DNA of 64,000 nt from Psammoneis japonica (lineage: Eukaryota), in contig QPGO01000037.1 in NCBI GenBank assembly GCA_008632985.1, positions 186,001 to 250,000 on the forward strand. The letters run 5' to 3'. A program made the translations under genes and the position numbers. Each line of letters opens with the position of its first letter. Positions within the stretch are counted from its first letter, which is position 1. Shown here one piece after another: positions 1-13,420 of the stretch. The notes beneath the pieces were generated by a model. That model was not told the origin of the DNA. It did no database searches and saw nothing but the letters and a program-made list of their open reading frames with translations.

Positions 1-648
1 AAACGAGTTTCTCTTCACGAGCTGAATCTCCTTCGCCCTGCGCACCTGATTCTCCTCTGTGAGATGCTTGTTTTCGGTTCTAACCCGATTCAACTCAAGC
101 TTCATTTCCTTCATACTATCCCTGTAACTCTCAACAGCATAGTATGACGGCCTTTTCTTGAGCGCTTGGATGATTTCATCGGCAGTCGACGGATCGCTCG
201 TGGCGATGTCGATAGGGAGGTTTCCCCAGTTGTTCCGAACATCAAGGGAGTCGGGACAAGCAAGAAGAAGCCGGTAGATTACACCATATGATGCGCCATT
301 AGCGCAAGCATGGTGAATGGGGAGTTGTCCATCGGAGTCCTTCTCTCGGACACCGCTTGGATGGGCTTTGATCAAAGCAGCAATGATGGCCTCCGTGGGC
401 TGGTGCATGCACGCTTCATGAATGGGGAGACGCCAAAACCCACCGTACCCTTGGTGCTTCACCCAAATGGATGCCTCTTTTGGATTCGTCTCTAGAATGC
501 AGGCAGTGGTGCCCCACTTCTGAATCTCAATAGCCTTGAAAAGCTTCGTGGAAGCGGCGTCGTAGTCCTGGACGCTAGAGTGGGGGATTTCGGTTGTTTC
601 ACCAAAGGTGGGGCCGAAGCAACCACACGGAAAGAGAAGATCGGTCAT
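1..648 (-). CDS. Ankyrin-repeat-like + coiled-coil protein (copy 1; 3' end runs off the window)
   Basis: ATG at 648. Open frame MTDLLFPCGCFG...WRLPIHEACMHQP...DGQLPIHHACANGA...NNWGNLPIDIA (LPxH ankyrin-like repeats), then a charged helical tail to position 1. Clear paralog of 14218-14898. Absent from the ORF track because no stop falls inside the window. Confidence 0.8.
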   Translation of the reverse strand, partial: MTDLLFPCGCFGPTFGETTEIPHSSVQDYDAASTKLFKAIEIQKWGTTACILETNPKEASIWVKHQGYGGFWRLPIHEACMHQPTEAIIAALIKAHPSGVREKDSDGQLPIHHACANGASYGVIYRLLLACPDSLDVRNNWGNLPIDIATSDPSTADEIIQALKKRPSYYAVESYRDSMKEMKLELNRVRTENKHLTEENQVRRAKEIQLVKRNSF

Positions 649-3489
649 GATAAGGCCTTTCAATTGTCAGGACTCGAGAATTGTGAGACGTTGTGCGCTT
701 ATTTGGAAGCGTGTTCCGAAATTGAATTCGGCGAATGCCAAAAAGTGACGCTGGATTTATTGATTAATCACATATTTATTGGTGAAGCTTTTTATATATC
801 ATTAAATGCCGTGGTAAGGCCGTTGAACGGAGAGTTGGTTAATTAGTTATTCAGCGTTGTAGCGTTTATATTAAAATCAACGGACAAGCTACTGTACGTC
901 GATAATTTTTGGCGATCTTTTCTTTGGGACCATGGAATCCTCATCAGCATCGATCGATTGCTCCTAGAGCTAGCCTGGCACAAAGCCTTGAAAATCTGGT
1001 GGGGCAGGGTTGTCCAGGATCAAAAGTGATGGACAGGCACAAGTGTTGTGCAAACTCAGTCAGCTGCACGTCACAGTTGTTCTCAAGAAAGCGAGGGGAG
1101 GAAAAAACCAGATGCAATGTGGAAAAAGTCCCTTTTGTTGCTCAAGCCATCTGTGCTTTTTAAACCCCCGAGCAATGACATTTAAAATGTTTGCATTGTT
1201 GCTCATGGCTGCAATGTTGTCAATGGAAATTTCACAAATCTGGCAGCTTTGATTGTGACAAAAAAGACTGTGTGGGTTTGCACTGCACATGCTTTGCCCA
1301 CACCCTGTTTGGACTGTGTGTGACTCTGCCAGGTGTGCTGCAAAGCAACAGCTCCTTTGTAATTTTGAACAGCAAAATTTTTTAGATGCTTGGCTTGCTG
1401 TGTTTTCTCTAAGTCTTTTTCTTTGTTGATCTTTGAAAACCTCTTTTTGACTTTTTGGCTCAGAAAAAAGTCTGCAGTGCTGACATGAGAGAAACCCACA
1501 GTTCACATTGTTGAGCTTCGCACAGTGGGCAACTCTTTTAATAAAATTGCTGCCATGCTGTGGGCTAGCTTGCATTGGGTTGCCCTGAAAACAGAAGTTC
1601 TCTGAAACAAAATTGCTCAAGAAGGATCTCGCAAAGCATGGCGCAAAAGGACTGAGAAAGAAGCTGTGCCAAAACTCACAAAACAAAGCTCTGGACAAGG
1701 CCTGAAAAGCCCAGACAATAAAAAAGCAGAGAAAAAAGTGTGAGATGACAAGCAGCAGAATGACAAGCTTCCACAGCAGTGCAGCCTCCAGAACTTTAAA
1801 ATGTTGCAAAAAAAGGCAGGTGATGCACACCAAACACATTGTCAAAACTGCAAACTGTTGAGCTGGCAAGTTAATGCCACCACAAACAAATTCTGTTGGG
1901 GTTCCTGTGCTGTTCAATGTGCTTGCCTTGCAATCTGCAGCAGCCATGGGTTGACAAAGCTGTCAAGAATGCAACTGCAAACTTGCACAATGACAGCTGT
2001 CTGCAGACACCGCATGACAAATCTTGCAAACCAAGTTGTTTTCTCCAAAGAGTGAGAGATGAAAAACAAAGGTGAGAGGCAAATGAAGTGGAGCTCTTCT
2101 CATGGAGAGTTGCTCTGTGAGCCACATCAGCAGTCAAAATGTCTTTTCTTCAACATCTCATCCAGGTGCCTCACAACATCTGACCATTCTGCAACAGCAA
2201 CCAGATTGTCATCAGCCACTTCTGTCACTGCAGCACTGACACATTTTTCAAGTCAGAGTGACACAGATTGGCACACCATCTTGTCCATCAGAGAATCCAA
2301 ACAAATTGTTGAACAAGTTGGCAATTTTTTGTGCACTCTCCACAAAATGCCCAACGTGGGTGCAACAAATCCTCTCCTTTGGAATTCCACCACATGGACC
2401 AACAAGCAGGTCTGCAATCCTCCATCTCATTGATATCTCTTGGCAGTCAAATCAAAGAACTCCATCTGGTGACAAGTCCACTCCAACATTGGCTTGGCTT
2501 GGCCAACATCATGGTAAAAAATGATGCTGGCTTCTTCACACACCACAGACAACACACCATCTGTGTCCTGCACAAGTCCATGACAACTTGTTCCATCTTC
2601 AGGAAGATTGGTGCTGAGCTTCACAAGGGGATGACCACAAGCCCCAAGTTTGTTCATGCCACATGCAGAACAAGTGGCCATTGATTTGACATTCCAAGGC
2701 TGGCCGCAACTTTTCATCCCTGGATCCAGCAATGCACACCTCATCCTTGATGCACTCATTGCTCTTGTCATGTTGTCTGAGCTCACTGCAACATGTGTTG
2801 CCTTGCCTTGCCTTCCAGCAATCTGCCTCTGTTCCATGGTCATGTGTGCATGTGCCAACCATGCTGTGCAAATTCAGCTGATGTGCCCCAATCATCATGC
2901 TGGAAAAACATCTGTGTGGTGCTGACTGGTGGACACATGCTCACAAATCTCTGTGTTCCACAACTCTGTGCCCCCGCGCACATCTGCCATCATGTGGTGG
3001 TGCTTTTTCATCCACAGGACAGTCCACTTTGGTTCAAGGGATGGAAACTACCATGAGCAAACATGTGGCCCTCCCTCAAAACATCATGATGGACACACGG
3101 GTCATCACTCAATTGACTCTTTCTGCTTTCAAACAATTGTTCCACCTTGGTCCTTGCTGCTTGGAATTTCTCATTCTAAATTCCTTCCAACATCACATCC
3201 ATGTCCATTTGCAGCTGCACTCTGCTCTTGTCACATGTTGTCAACATGAATGTCATCTCATGCATGTCTCTCAGGTCTCCAAACTTGTGACAGCAGTTTA
3301 TGGCCACCACTGTGGCATCACATCATTTGGTGCATTTAACTCATCACTGGGTTCACCCACATTGTTGATCTTCTTGCTCACAGTTGACAGCTGTTTGGGA
3401 AGAACAAAATGCTGATGACAGAAATTGTGGTTGCTTGAATCTTAAAAATCCAGACACATCATGGGTTGCAGGAATCTTTCACCCACACT

Positions 3490-4350
3490 CATCAGAATTC
3501 TCATCTGACATCACCAACAGGAAACTTGGACTTGACAGTCCACAATGGCTTGTTTGAGCTTTTGAAACTTGTTGCCCTGCAATGGATCAGTCATGAAGTC
3601 TCCAAGCATGTCATTGGCCAGATGATGCTGTGCTCTGAGATTGCCCTTTTGATCTGGTCAGTGACAAAGAAGTGCAGAATGTTGAGTGCTCTGGTGGGCC
3701 ACTTTTCAGCCCTCCTGCACCCACTCATTTCCAAAACAGTGTGGCACTTCTGTTGTCCTGGCAAAGGACGTTCTTGTCAATTGAATGTCCCTGGTGCTCC
3801 ATGAACAACTTTGTCCACAGAGTCACGGCTGTTGCATCATCACCTTCTGTGAGTTCAGCCTCTGTGCTGCTTCAGGTGTTGAGCTTCCAGCGCTTGAGTT
3901 TGACCCACACTGCTCCATTGCCTGTGGTCACAGTTCCTCCTGTGTGACTCTTAAAATCAGGATGCACCACAAAAGACACTTTCACATGCTGCTTGATGCT
4001 CAGAGGTCCTTTGCACTTAGCACAGCAACTTCATTTTGTGTCCAATTCAAATGCTTGCTGCATTGTGCTGGCTTTGCCAAACCCTTTTTGGTGGGCTCTT
4101 TGTCTCATGTGTGCAAAACACTGCAACAGTGGGGTGTGCATCCATGCAGCCTCTCTTGGAAACAAGTGGTCCCTTGGCCACTCACACACAGAATGTCTTT
4201 GCTTGGTTGGTTGCCAATCTTGTCCCACCTGTGTTGTGCAGCAGCATCTGCACTCTTGATCTCTTCTGGGAAATGATCAATTGTCTTGTGAAGGCAGTTG
4301 GTCATGTTGACTTTCACCTTTCCCTCATGGCTGAAGTCCAAGACCATTGG
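3490..4350 (-). mobile_element. Degenerate Ty1/Copia (CoDi-type) RT C-terminus and RNase H
   Basis: Minus-strand fragments MVLDFSHEGKVKVNMTNCLHKTIDHFPEEIK; KLNT*SSTEAEL..DDATAVTLWTKLFMEHQG; TRALNILHFFVTDQIK..DMLGDFMTDPLQGNKFQKLKQAI. These match the Copia RNase H consensus (SSTEAE, IRYFF..D, D.MTKPL). Frameshifts and stops throughout. Confidence 0.85.
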
Positions 4351-6975
4351 ATCAATCAAAGCTAACCTGCAACAGCATCAACTGGAGCTCGGGATGCGAA
4401 CAAGACAATTTTTCAACAACGACTGTGCCAACTTTCACTGCCTGGTGACTTGCTCTTGGATCAAGGATGTGTGGAAGTTCCTGTGTGAGAACAACATCAA
4501 GATAGAAGTGAACATGCCCACCCTTGTCCTGTGCCAGGAAAATGACAAATTTCTCATCCAAGAGTTCCACAGAGCGGGATTCCACAGAGTGGGATTTAAA
4601 GGGGAAAAAATGGCCCAAATGAACCTTTGTCCACTGTTCCTGTGGGTGAGCACATTGTCTGATGTCACCACAGGCAATGGAGGAAGAGTCCTGAAAAACT
4701 GCTGGAACAGACAACTGCCAATGCACAACCCTCACCACATGGATTTCAATTGGCCGGTGCAAGGCAATCCTTCACAGGATGACTGGAGCGCTGGTGAAGA
4801 GAAGCTTTGGAAACTGTGGTTGGCCTGCAAAACTCAATTGTCCACAGCCCCTTGAGGAAGTGGACAGACAATTTATCAAGTGAATGGCCACACTTCTTGT
4901 CAGCATCAGAGCAACGGGTCTGTGAATGCCTCCCTGATGGCACGTAGAAATGATGCACCCCTGTCCCAGGTCACCCCACTGGAGCCAGTGCTCAATGCTG
5001 CCGCCATGCGGGGGAAACTGACAAAACCCCAGAGAACCTGACAAGAAGAAAGATCTGTGGAAATGACACTGCAACAGTGTCAACAGGCATCCAGCAGGAA
5101 GCAGAGCTCATGGAAGCTTGCCCTCCACAGAACTCCAACAGGCCATCAACAGGCTTGACCCAGATGTCAAGTGGTTGGTGGAAGATTTCAAAAATGATGT
5201 CAATGGTGAATCAATTGCTCAAGCAATTTCTGAAGGGATGGCCACAGCTGCATGCAATGGGTCGTGCTTGAAGAATGGCATGGGAACATTGGCATGGACG
5301 ATGCGGGGCATCCATGATGCACACAAAATCAAGGGATTGAACGTGGCAAGAGGCAACCCTTCCAACATGAATGCTCACCAAGTTGAGATCATTGGACAAC
5401 TTGCCACAGCAGTTGTGACACACGCAGTCTGCAAACTCCACAGTGTGACCCAGCGAGGCATCTCCATTGGCTGTGACAGTGATCAGGCCTTAAAGAACTC
5501 CAACAATCTTGACTGTGAACTCACTGCAAACCACAAACAGTGTGATGCATTGTTGACAGCTCACTCATGGACAAAAAATTGCCAGCAAAATGGTCCATGG
5601 TCAATGTCAAAGGGCATCTAGATGATCATGTTGCTCATGAGGACTTGGATTGCCCCTCTGGATTGAATGTTGACATGGATCTCATGGCCAAAGAACAAAT
5701 GACCAATGCCCGGGCATCCCGACCTGACAGAGAGTGCAAGGAGAGATGTGGTCACTCTGGATTGGGAACAGGAAAGTCAAACCAATGTGACAGACACACT
5801 CCGCTGTGCCGCTGAAAGCAGGAAACTCTTGCAGCAGTGGGTGGACAAGGGAAGTTTCTCTTCAGTTGCCATCAGAGAAATCAATTGGGGCCCCCAAGCA
5901 AAATCAATGTCAGATCTAAAGCAATCCAGACAATGGCGGGTGGCAAAGCATGCATCTGGCTTGTGTGGGGTTGATGAAATGCTGTGCTTGTGGGGCAAAT
6001 CCCCGGTGCAGTCCTGTCCCTGGTGCCTTTTCCCAGTGGAAGACTCAACCCACGTGTTGCGGTGCCAGGTGGAGAGTGCAGTGGAAAAATGGCATGAATC
6101 CCCAGACACACTCCAAGAATGGCTGCGCAAGACAGGAGCCAACCCAGAAATTGTGGAAATCATTCTGCAGAGACTTGGGGAATGGAAAGACAGCACCCCA
6201 ATGCAGCACATCCAAGCACAAGATGTGCTGGTTCAGTGTGCTGTAGACTCCCAAGATTGGACAGGATGGGGCAGATTTGTTGAAGGCTGCCTTTCACTTG
6301 ACTGGAAATTTGCACAGCATGCCTGCTGCCAATGTGGGCAAACTCACTCAGAGTGCAAATCAGCATGGTCAAAACCAGTGGCGCCATGGGAGCTGGCACC
6401 ACTTGTGCAGGTTTCCTCCCACTGACAACCAGCGCACTTTCTGAGTTTGCAAACCCTGGTTTTCCACTTGTGATTTCTCAACTCTCCCACTTGACGGTGA
6501 TTGTTTTAATCACACGGCGGGCCTTGTCATCACTGAACAAGGTGGATGTCTGGGGAGACATTGTGGTTTTCCACTCATGATTTCTCAACCAACTCCAGGA
6601 AACAAGGGCAAAGGTGGGTGAGATCACCTGTTGTCAAGGTCTGCAATGTTTCATGGGATCAATGGGAACACCGCAACAGCACAGTCTGCCCGGCCAGCAC
6701 AATGCTGACAGAAGCACAAACTGAAGCCATTTGTGGTTGGGTTTGAGGTGTGTGAGTTTGCTCTGGGCCCTCAGCAACTTCCACAAATCAACAGGAGGTT
6801 GTTCAAAGGAACCCAGGAGGAGCTGTTGTGCAGCCCCCCGGAATGCCTCCAAGCCTGACTGAACAACATGAAAGCAGCTTGCCAATCTCACCAACAACTG
6901 CAAGTGGAACAACAGCACCATGAATGTGAAATCATGTGGGACTGGCAGCAGAGTGCCAACAATGACATTTGACAT
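4345..6975 (+). mobile_element. 5'-truncated degenerate non-LTR retrotransposon (LINE) with RNase H and CCHC finger
   Basis: SWIKDVWKFL..STLSDVTTGNG (post-RT region); AACNGS..GTLAW..EIIG..IGCDSDQAL..VKGHLDD..LNVDMDLMAK (RNase H); CPWC...EDSTHVLRC (CCHC); QDWTGW..GCLSLDW..WDQWEHRN (typical stramenopile LINE C-terminus). Confidence 0.85.
6335..6590. repeat. ~250 bp insertion in the LINE carrying a 25-bp direct repeat
   Basis: LINE reading frame breaks after AQHACCQ and resumes at NSRKQGQRW. GGTTTTCCACT(TG/CA)TGATTTCTCAAC occurs at 6458-6482 and 6565-6589. Confidence 0.55.
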
Positions 6976-6979
6976 TTAT

Positions 6980-9900
6980 GCTGCGGGGTGGGATGCTTCA
7001 AACTTTGCTGTTCACATTTCATGTGGTCAATCCATGCCAGTCGGGTTACCTCTTCTGGAACTTTGGGCAACGTCAAAGCCATTTGGCAGTGCAACAAGCA
7101 TTGATCTTTGAGCCATTCGCTCATTTGAAGTCCAAGAACATTCCAAGTTCCAAGGTTGTCATGCCTCTTTTCTTCACCATGGCTTCCTCACACATCTTGT
7201 TGAGCCAGCTTGGGATTTTGTCATTTGCTTTTGAGTTCTTGTGGCTCAACCACAGGTTGTCTACATGGAATTGTGCATCATGCTGCTTGCAGTTGATTGG
7301 TCAATTGGCAATGCATGGATCATGTGGATTGAATTTGAACCCAGTTTTTTCAAAGTCCTTGCAAAATTGCTCACAACACAGCAGAGCTGCAACCAACATG
7401 CTGTGTGTGGCTCTGATGACTTGGATGTGGAAGAGGATTCCCTTTCCCTTTTCCATGACCCACACATGGTCTGCACATGTTGTGATCAATCCTCGCTGGC
7501 ATGCCAACCAACACTTCTGTAATCTTCATCATTGTCTGGTCTTCACACTCTTCAGGTTTCAGAATCAAAGTCTGGATGAATGCACTTCATGTGTCAGCAC
7601 TCATCACATCATGCTCTTCCACACAGTGTCAACAATGGCTGCCATTGGTGTTCTTTCCAATGATGCTGTCAGGCTGGTGGCTGAGTCTTCCTTGTTTCCA
7701 GCCATTTGCTGGTTGGTTTTCTGTTGCAAACCATTTTGCTTTTCCATCAGGAACATCAAGACAACCATGGCCTTGGCTCTCTTGGTCAGAGTCATGTGTG
7801 GAGTGGTGGTTGTCTAATCTCCTTCTCTGAGGCATCACACCCCTTCTGATCAAATGCTTTTAGATCTTTGTGTGCAGTGAATGCTGCTGAAGAAAAGAAA
7901 TGCCCTTTCCTGATCAGAGCTGGGTCAATTTTGCACATGAATTGTGCCACCATTCCTGTTTCTGCATCACACTTGATGTCATCCTCTGGGTTGGGAATCA
8001 TGTTTGTTCACAAATGATGACAGTGGTTGAGTCTGTTCTGTTGGCACTTCTCTTTTGCAGTGTCTGCCACTCCTGCAAAACAAAGTTTCTTGTGTTTCTG
8101 AGTGCACCATGGCATCATGGAAGGCTGTGCCTGACCTTGTTCTTCCAGGAGGCATGGCCCTTACCTCATCCTTCAGTTTTTCTCCTTGCCACCTTGCACT
8201 GGGTTTCATTGTCTTTTTCTGGCTCTTTGCCATTCTTGCTTTCTTCTTTGCAGTCCTTGTCATGATTTCATTTTGTTCCCTGTGCTGTTGATTTGGGCTG
8301 GATCCTTCATCTGCTGGGCAGGATCTCATTTGCTTCTTTGAGCTCTTCATCAGAGTCTGCTTTGTCGTCACAGTCTTCATCTTCTGAGTTGGTCATGATG
8401 TTTCTGGTTTCATCTTTGTTTTCTTCATTTGTGTCTTTGTTGTCACTTTTGTCATTGTTGCTTTCCACTCCTGCAGCCCAGTCAGCACCACGCAGGTTGT
8501 CTCTGCATTTGCCTGTAGATTTGACATCTTTGATGCCTTGTGTTGTGGCCATCTTTTTGACTGCTTGCATGTTTGTGTCAGTCAAGGGCACATGGCAGCA
8601 CAATTGCAGGCATTCAAAAGCTTGCCCACCACAATGTGTGGGTTCACAGTGCAGTGACCATTCTCAGGAATGTCAATGCACAGCCACAGATGTGCGCTGT
8701 CAATGCCGCACATGTCCATGGTGTTTGTTGGGTTCTTCTCAATGTGCGACAGGAAAAACTTGCCAAAGGCAAACTCAAAGTGCTTCTTGCAGTCAAGGTT
8801 TCTTCATGGCACAATGGTGTGTGGATTGCAAATGTCAGCAGAAATTCCTTCTTTCCACAGGCACATGTTTGACACGACAGTGTTTTTGATCATGGCTTTT
8901 GTTCACGGTGTGCTTGCATGTCAACTTGGGCAGCCTCTTGCATGGCAGATGGAGCACAGTGGTTTCAGTTTGCTCATTGATGGTCTCAATGCTCCTCTCA
9001 TCTTCAGGAACATGGTCGCTGGTGTTTGCTCACACAAGTTCTAAATTCATGCCATCAGCAACTTTTGCTGGCATTGCCTTGAGCTTGGGAGCACATTCAA
9101 CAAAGCCAACATTGAACAAAGCCATGCTGTGCTGTTGGAGAATCATGTCCAGTGCATTGCTTGCATCAACGTGCTTCTTGGGCCTTGGTCTCACACTCAA
9201 TCAGTGGTTGATCATTTTGTCTGTTGTGCACAGCAATTTGTGCACAGCAATTTGACTCCATGTGCTTCCATGACATCAATGCAAAGGATCACACACCTTT
9301 TCTCTGCTTCTTGTGCATCTCAGGTGGGACAGCCGCAATGTCATTCCTCTCATGGGCACAAGTGCATGCTTGGTTTTGCCTTTTAACATGTGTCTGTTGG
9401 TGGGCCCCATGTGGTCACCATCCTCTGTCCATGCCTTTGGGCATGATGGACAAGAAGTCATCCACCTGGTTTAGATGCAAAAATTGCTTGAAATCCCTCA
9501 CACTGGAGTTGCAGCTTTGCAGCATGGTCTGAGTGCTTGCTTGGTGCTTGCTGCCTCCCTCTTGGTGCAGTCAACAGCAGAGCTCTGTTTCATGGCTAGA
9601 ACCACAGTTCCAAGTGCACTCCTGTGATTGCTCTTTCTCTTGTTGTTTTTCTTTGCCTGACATGCAACTTGCTTTTTTGGAGTTTTTATGTCTGGCTTGG
9701 TGCAAAGGTGCATGGCTCAATCTTGTTGACTCTGAATGCCACAACTTGCTTGCCAGTCTTCTTGTCTGGCAGCCGGAGCTCATCTGTCACTCAGCCATCA
9801 TGTGTCTCATGGCACTTGCTCTTCACATGTCCTTTGGACTTGGGATGTTTTCATCATTGCATTTTCTGTTCCAAGGTTCACACACACCCCATCCAGGTGC

Positions 9901-11440
9901 AGTCTCAGTCCATGGTGCCCACTCTTGTGTTCATGGGTGGATCAATCTTGGTCTTGGCCAGCCACACATTGTGTGCCAATCTCAGCTCACTGCCACACTG
10001 AGGATGGAGCCATTGACAAGGATGACTTCATCTGTCTTGATGTCCAGATTGGCTTGGTTCATGCTTGTTTCTGGTCTCTCTTCCATCAGCTGCAACACAT
10101 GCCATGCAGCTCACTCCTGCCCCAGCTAGAGTGGGCTGATCAGCAAGATTTGGTGGAGTTGGCACTCATGTTGTCACTGTCTGCCAATGGATGGTCATCA
10201 TTCCCCACTCATGTCTGTGCGTGTTTCTGTCTCTCAATGTCCAGTTTCCTTCCAGCAATCTTGAGAGCCAATTGTCACACACAACATTCTTGCTGCAATG
10301 CTTGCAGTCTGTGGACTTGTGGTTTAGTTCACCACAGCAGCAGCACAATGTTCTTTCATCATTCTGGTTGCTCTTTTGGGCATGACTCTGGCCCTTCATG
10401 TTGTTGGACCAGTTGTTGCTGTTGTCATTGTTGTTGTTCCCATTCTTGTTGTCTCTGTGCTTGTTGTTGCTCCTCCTGTGTTGGTCACAAAGATCATCAT
10501 CTTTCTGATGGTTTGGCAGTCCATCCATTGCCTTCTCTGGAGTCCTTAGATGGGTGTCTTCACCCAGACTGCAGTCTTTCACAAAGCTCTTCTTTGAGCT
10601 CTTGCAGCAGCAGTCATTGCTGCTCTTCTCCATGAGCAGGTGTGTTGTCCATGTCTCAAATGATGACTCCTTTGGCTCTTGTTTGCAAGTTGCACTGCCA
10701 TGTTGGTGCTCCATGGTGTTGGGGGTGAATCCATCCAGCATTCTGTCCCCCCCCCCCCCCCCCAGCTCTTTCCTTGTGAGATTTTGCCAATTTTTGAATC
10801 TTGACAAGCAACTTTTCAGCATCTTGCTTGTTCTCTTGTTGCCTCACATCTGGAATGTTCTGCATGGCCTTGTTGGCAAGTGCATGGAATGGGTGTTGAC
10901 AGCTCCAATTGAGTCAAGTGCAGGGAATTGGATCATCTTCAGCAACATGATTGGGTCATTCCCAATGCTGCTGCAGCTGTGGTTGGCTTTTACAGCCACT
11001 CTCTTTTTCATTTGCTTGGGCAGCAGTTGTCTAAAATCTTGGTGAGTGGACTGCTTCACTTTCTTGTGGCAGCCACATTGCTCTGCTTTGCACTGGCATT
11101 CCAGCTCCTTGTCTTCACAGTCATTCTGTTGTGGTGCACTCTGGCAACCTGCAGCTGGTGTGTCTGATGGTGTGGCTGCCACAGATGTTTGTGAGGCGGA
11201 TCATGGGGTCAAAATTGATGCACTTCATGTCTTCTGAAGATCTCACCAAATGCACCCCTTGGCTGCACTCCTTCTGCAAGTGTCAAAGATGATTTTCTCT
11301 CCTTGACATCTTTGAGTGGCACATTGTGAGTGTTGCTGTTCAGTGAAGAAGGATGAAACTTCATCTCAGGCTGAAAGCACTTCTCAGTCTTGGTCTTCAG
11401 CCTTGGTTGTCATTTCTGGCATCTGGAACTCTTCTCTTTT
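6980..11440 (-). mobile_element. Degenerate Ty1/Copia (CoDi-type) gag-pol: gag, zinc knuckle, protease, integrase, RT
   Basis: gag-like KII..LQKECSQGVHLVRSSEDMK (~11300); knuckle CCCCGELNHKSTDC (~10320); protease-like VILVNGSILS (~10020); integrase-position region ~8570-9450; RT GILFHIQVIRATHSMLVAALLCCEQFCKDFEKTGFKFNPHDPCIAN and LGMFLDF (~7130-7450). No LTRs recognisable. Confidence 0.85.
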
Positions 11441-12249
11441 TTAACATCTCCAGTTGCCTCGCAATGTCCCAGATCTAGATGTTCCAACACAAACCATCAC
11501 AAACACAATCATTGACACCACCAAGAAGAGCAGATTGCAGCTTGCTTCTTGTTGCAAAAAGAACTTTGTTTTTTGTGCAGCAATTTTTTGATGTTTTGTG
11601 CAAGCTGAAAATTGGAGCCCCTGACAACACAGTCAGGCTGTTGACTTGCAAAAGAAACCAAGAATGTTGCAGAAAAAAGAAAACAAGAAAACAGCTGAAA
11701 CTCTGCAAGGTGGCGGGTGGGGGTTTGCTGCTGGCCTGTCACACTTCAGTGTGCAGAGAGCAAAAACATGATGCTCATGGGCGCACCCAGTTTTGAGACA
11801 TTTGCAGTCTCCATCAAGATGCAAAGTCATTGAGCAGATGTTGCAAAACCCAAGAGAAAAGAAAAAGACTGCAAGTGTTTGCTGCCATGTGAAGAATTTC
11901 ACACAAAAACAAGAAGAAGAAAGAGAAACCCCAAGAGAGACAAAAGCATTGCCACCAGCAGAGCTGCATCAAGCAGCTGCTGCAAGCTCAAATCACAAGA
12001 CTTGGAAGCAAGACCAAACAAGGAGTGTTGGGGCCTTAACAGCAGCTCTCACAGTCTTGATCCACAGCTGCAATTGTGGGTGGTGTGTGGTGGTGTGTGC
12101 TTTTCTTGAGGTCAACACCAACAAAGCTGGCCAATCTTGTTGCAGCACTGCTCTCTCAACTGTTCAGAGCTTGTGAACAAGCAAAACATGCTTTGTTGCT
12201 GACCAACCCTGCCAGATCATCACAGGTCCTGTTTTCAATTGCGCCTGTT

Positions 12250-13420
12250 GATGCGCGGTGCTTCTGTTGCCAGCACAAATCACTGACAATCAAACCTGCA
12301 TGTGTTTGCCCCCAAATTTGCTTGTTCCTGTCACAAAACAAAGTGCACAACAACAAGCAAAACTGAAGTCACACCCATCATTTCTGCCTGAATCTTCACA
12401 TGGTTGAAGTTCAAGAAGAACCAACCATTCTCTTGTCCTGTGATGTGGTGACTGAAACGTGCAAAACCTGAGGACAATGCTCACAAAGAATGTGGTGCAC
12501 ATGACACAAGAATCAAATGTGCCTTTTTTGGATTTCTTTGGAGCTCTCCAAAAAACTCTTCTGCACAGGAGGCACAAGCTCAGCACACACCATGGCTGAA
12601 GATGAGATGATGAGTGCGACTCTTCCCAACTCTGCCCCTCTTCCACTGCAGCAGCCACCCCACCAGCCACTGCCTCTTCAGCAGCCTCCTCATGCCAAAA
12701 AGCCTCCAAACCCTGGGACAAAATCTCATCTGGCAATGCAAGGATGTGTGGATCTTCCTCTCTTCAGCTCAGCTTTGATGCTGTGTTGGCTGTTTGCAGA
12801 GCTCATCAACCTGTGCACAAAGACTGCCCACCCACAGTGTGCTTTCTCCTGCTTTGACACAGGAGCTTGTGACAAATGCAATGGTGCCACCAGCCAATGG
12901 CAGTGGCAGATCAACTGCACTGAGCATCGCAAAAGAGCCCTGAAATTCACAAGCTCAACTTGCATTCTCCAATGGTCAGAAGAGTGGATTCAGCACACAG
13001 ACAAGCACCACAACAGCAAAGCATTGATGAGAATCTCAAGCATCAGGGTGGTGCACCTTTGGTGCTCAATTGTTGACAAAAAACCCACTCTTCTGCAGCT
13101 GGTGTGCCAAATCATCAGGGTCTGGGATGTGTTGGCTGGGTGGTGCAGAGTGGCATCACTGGAAACTCTGATTCTTGTGAGTTTGCCCACTGGTTTTGCT
13201 GCAAAACAAAGTGCACAACAACCAGCAAAATTGCAGCTGCAACCAACACTTTTCCTTGAATCACCAGGGTGTTGAAGTTGGCAAACCATGTCTCCATGAC
13301 ATGGTGCTTGAAACATGAAATTTGACAATGCCCACAAAGCACAAAAAACTCTTGATTTGTTCAAATGCATGATCTTTGACTTTTTTGGAATTGATGACAA
13401 CCAAAACAAGAGATGCCTTG
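12250..13420 (-). repeat. Diverged tandem duplication (~870 bp period) of a decayed coding segment
   Basis: CAAAACAAAGTGCACAACAAC.AGCAAAA at ~12334 and ~13202. Minus translations align: PKKSK..FQSPHH..LELQP.EDSG..GC..FACCCALCF versus PKKSK..FQAPCH..QLQHPGDSR..GC..FAGCCALCF. Confidence 0.6.

Noticed and set aside
10747..10763. Poly-C run as a functional G-quadruplex or Gly/Pro tract
   Set aside because: Simple homopolymer inside a dead gag gene; length unreliable.
11440..11489. TGTTGGAA on the minus strand as the start of a Copia 5' LTR
   Set aside because: gag-like coding sequence begins within ~60 bp and no matching second LTR was found.
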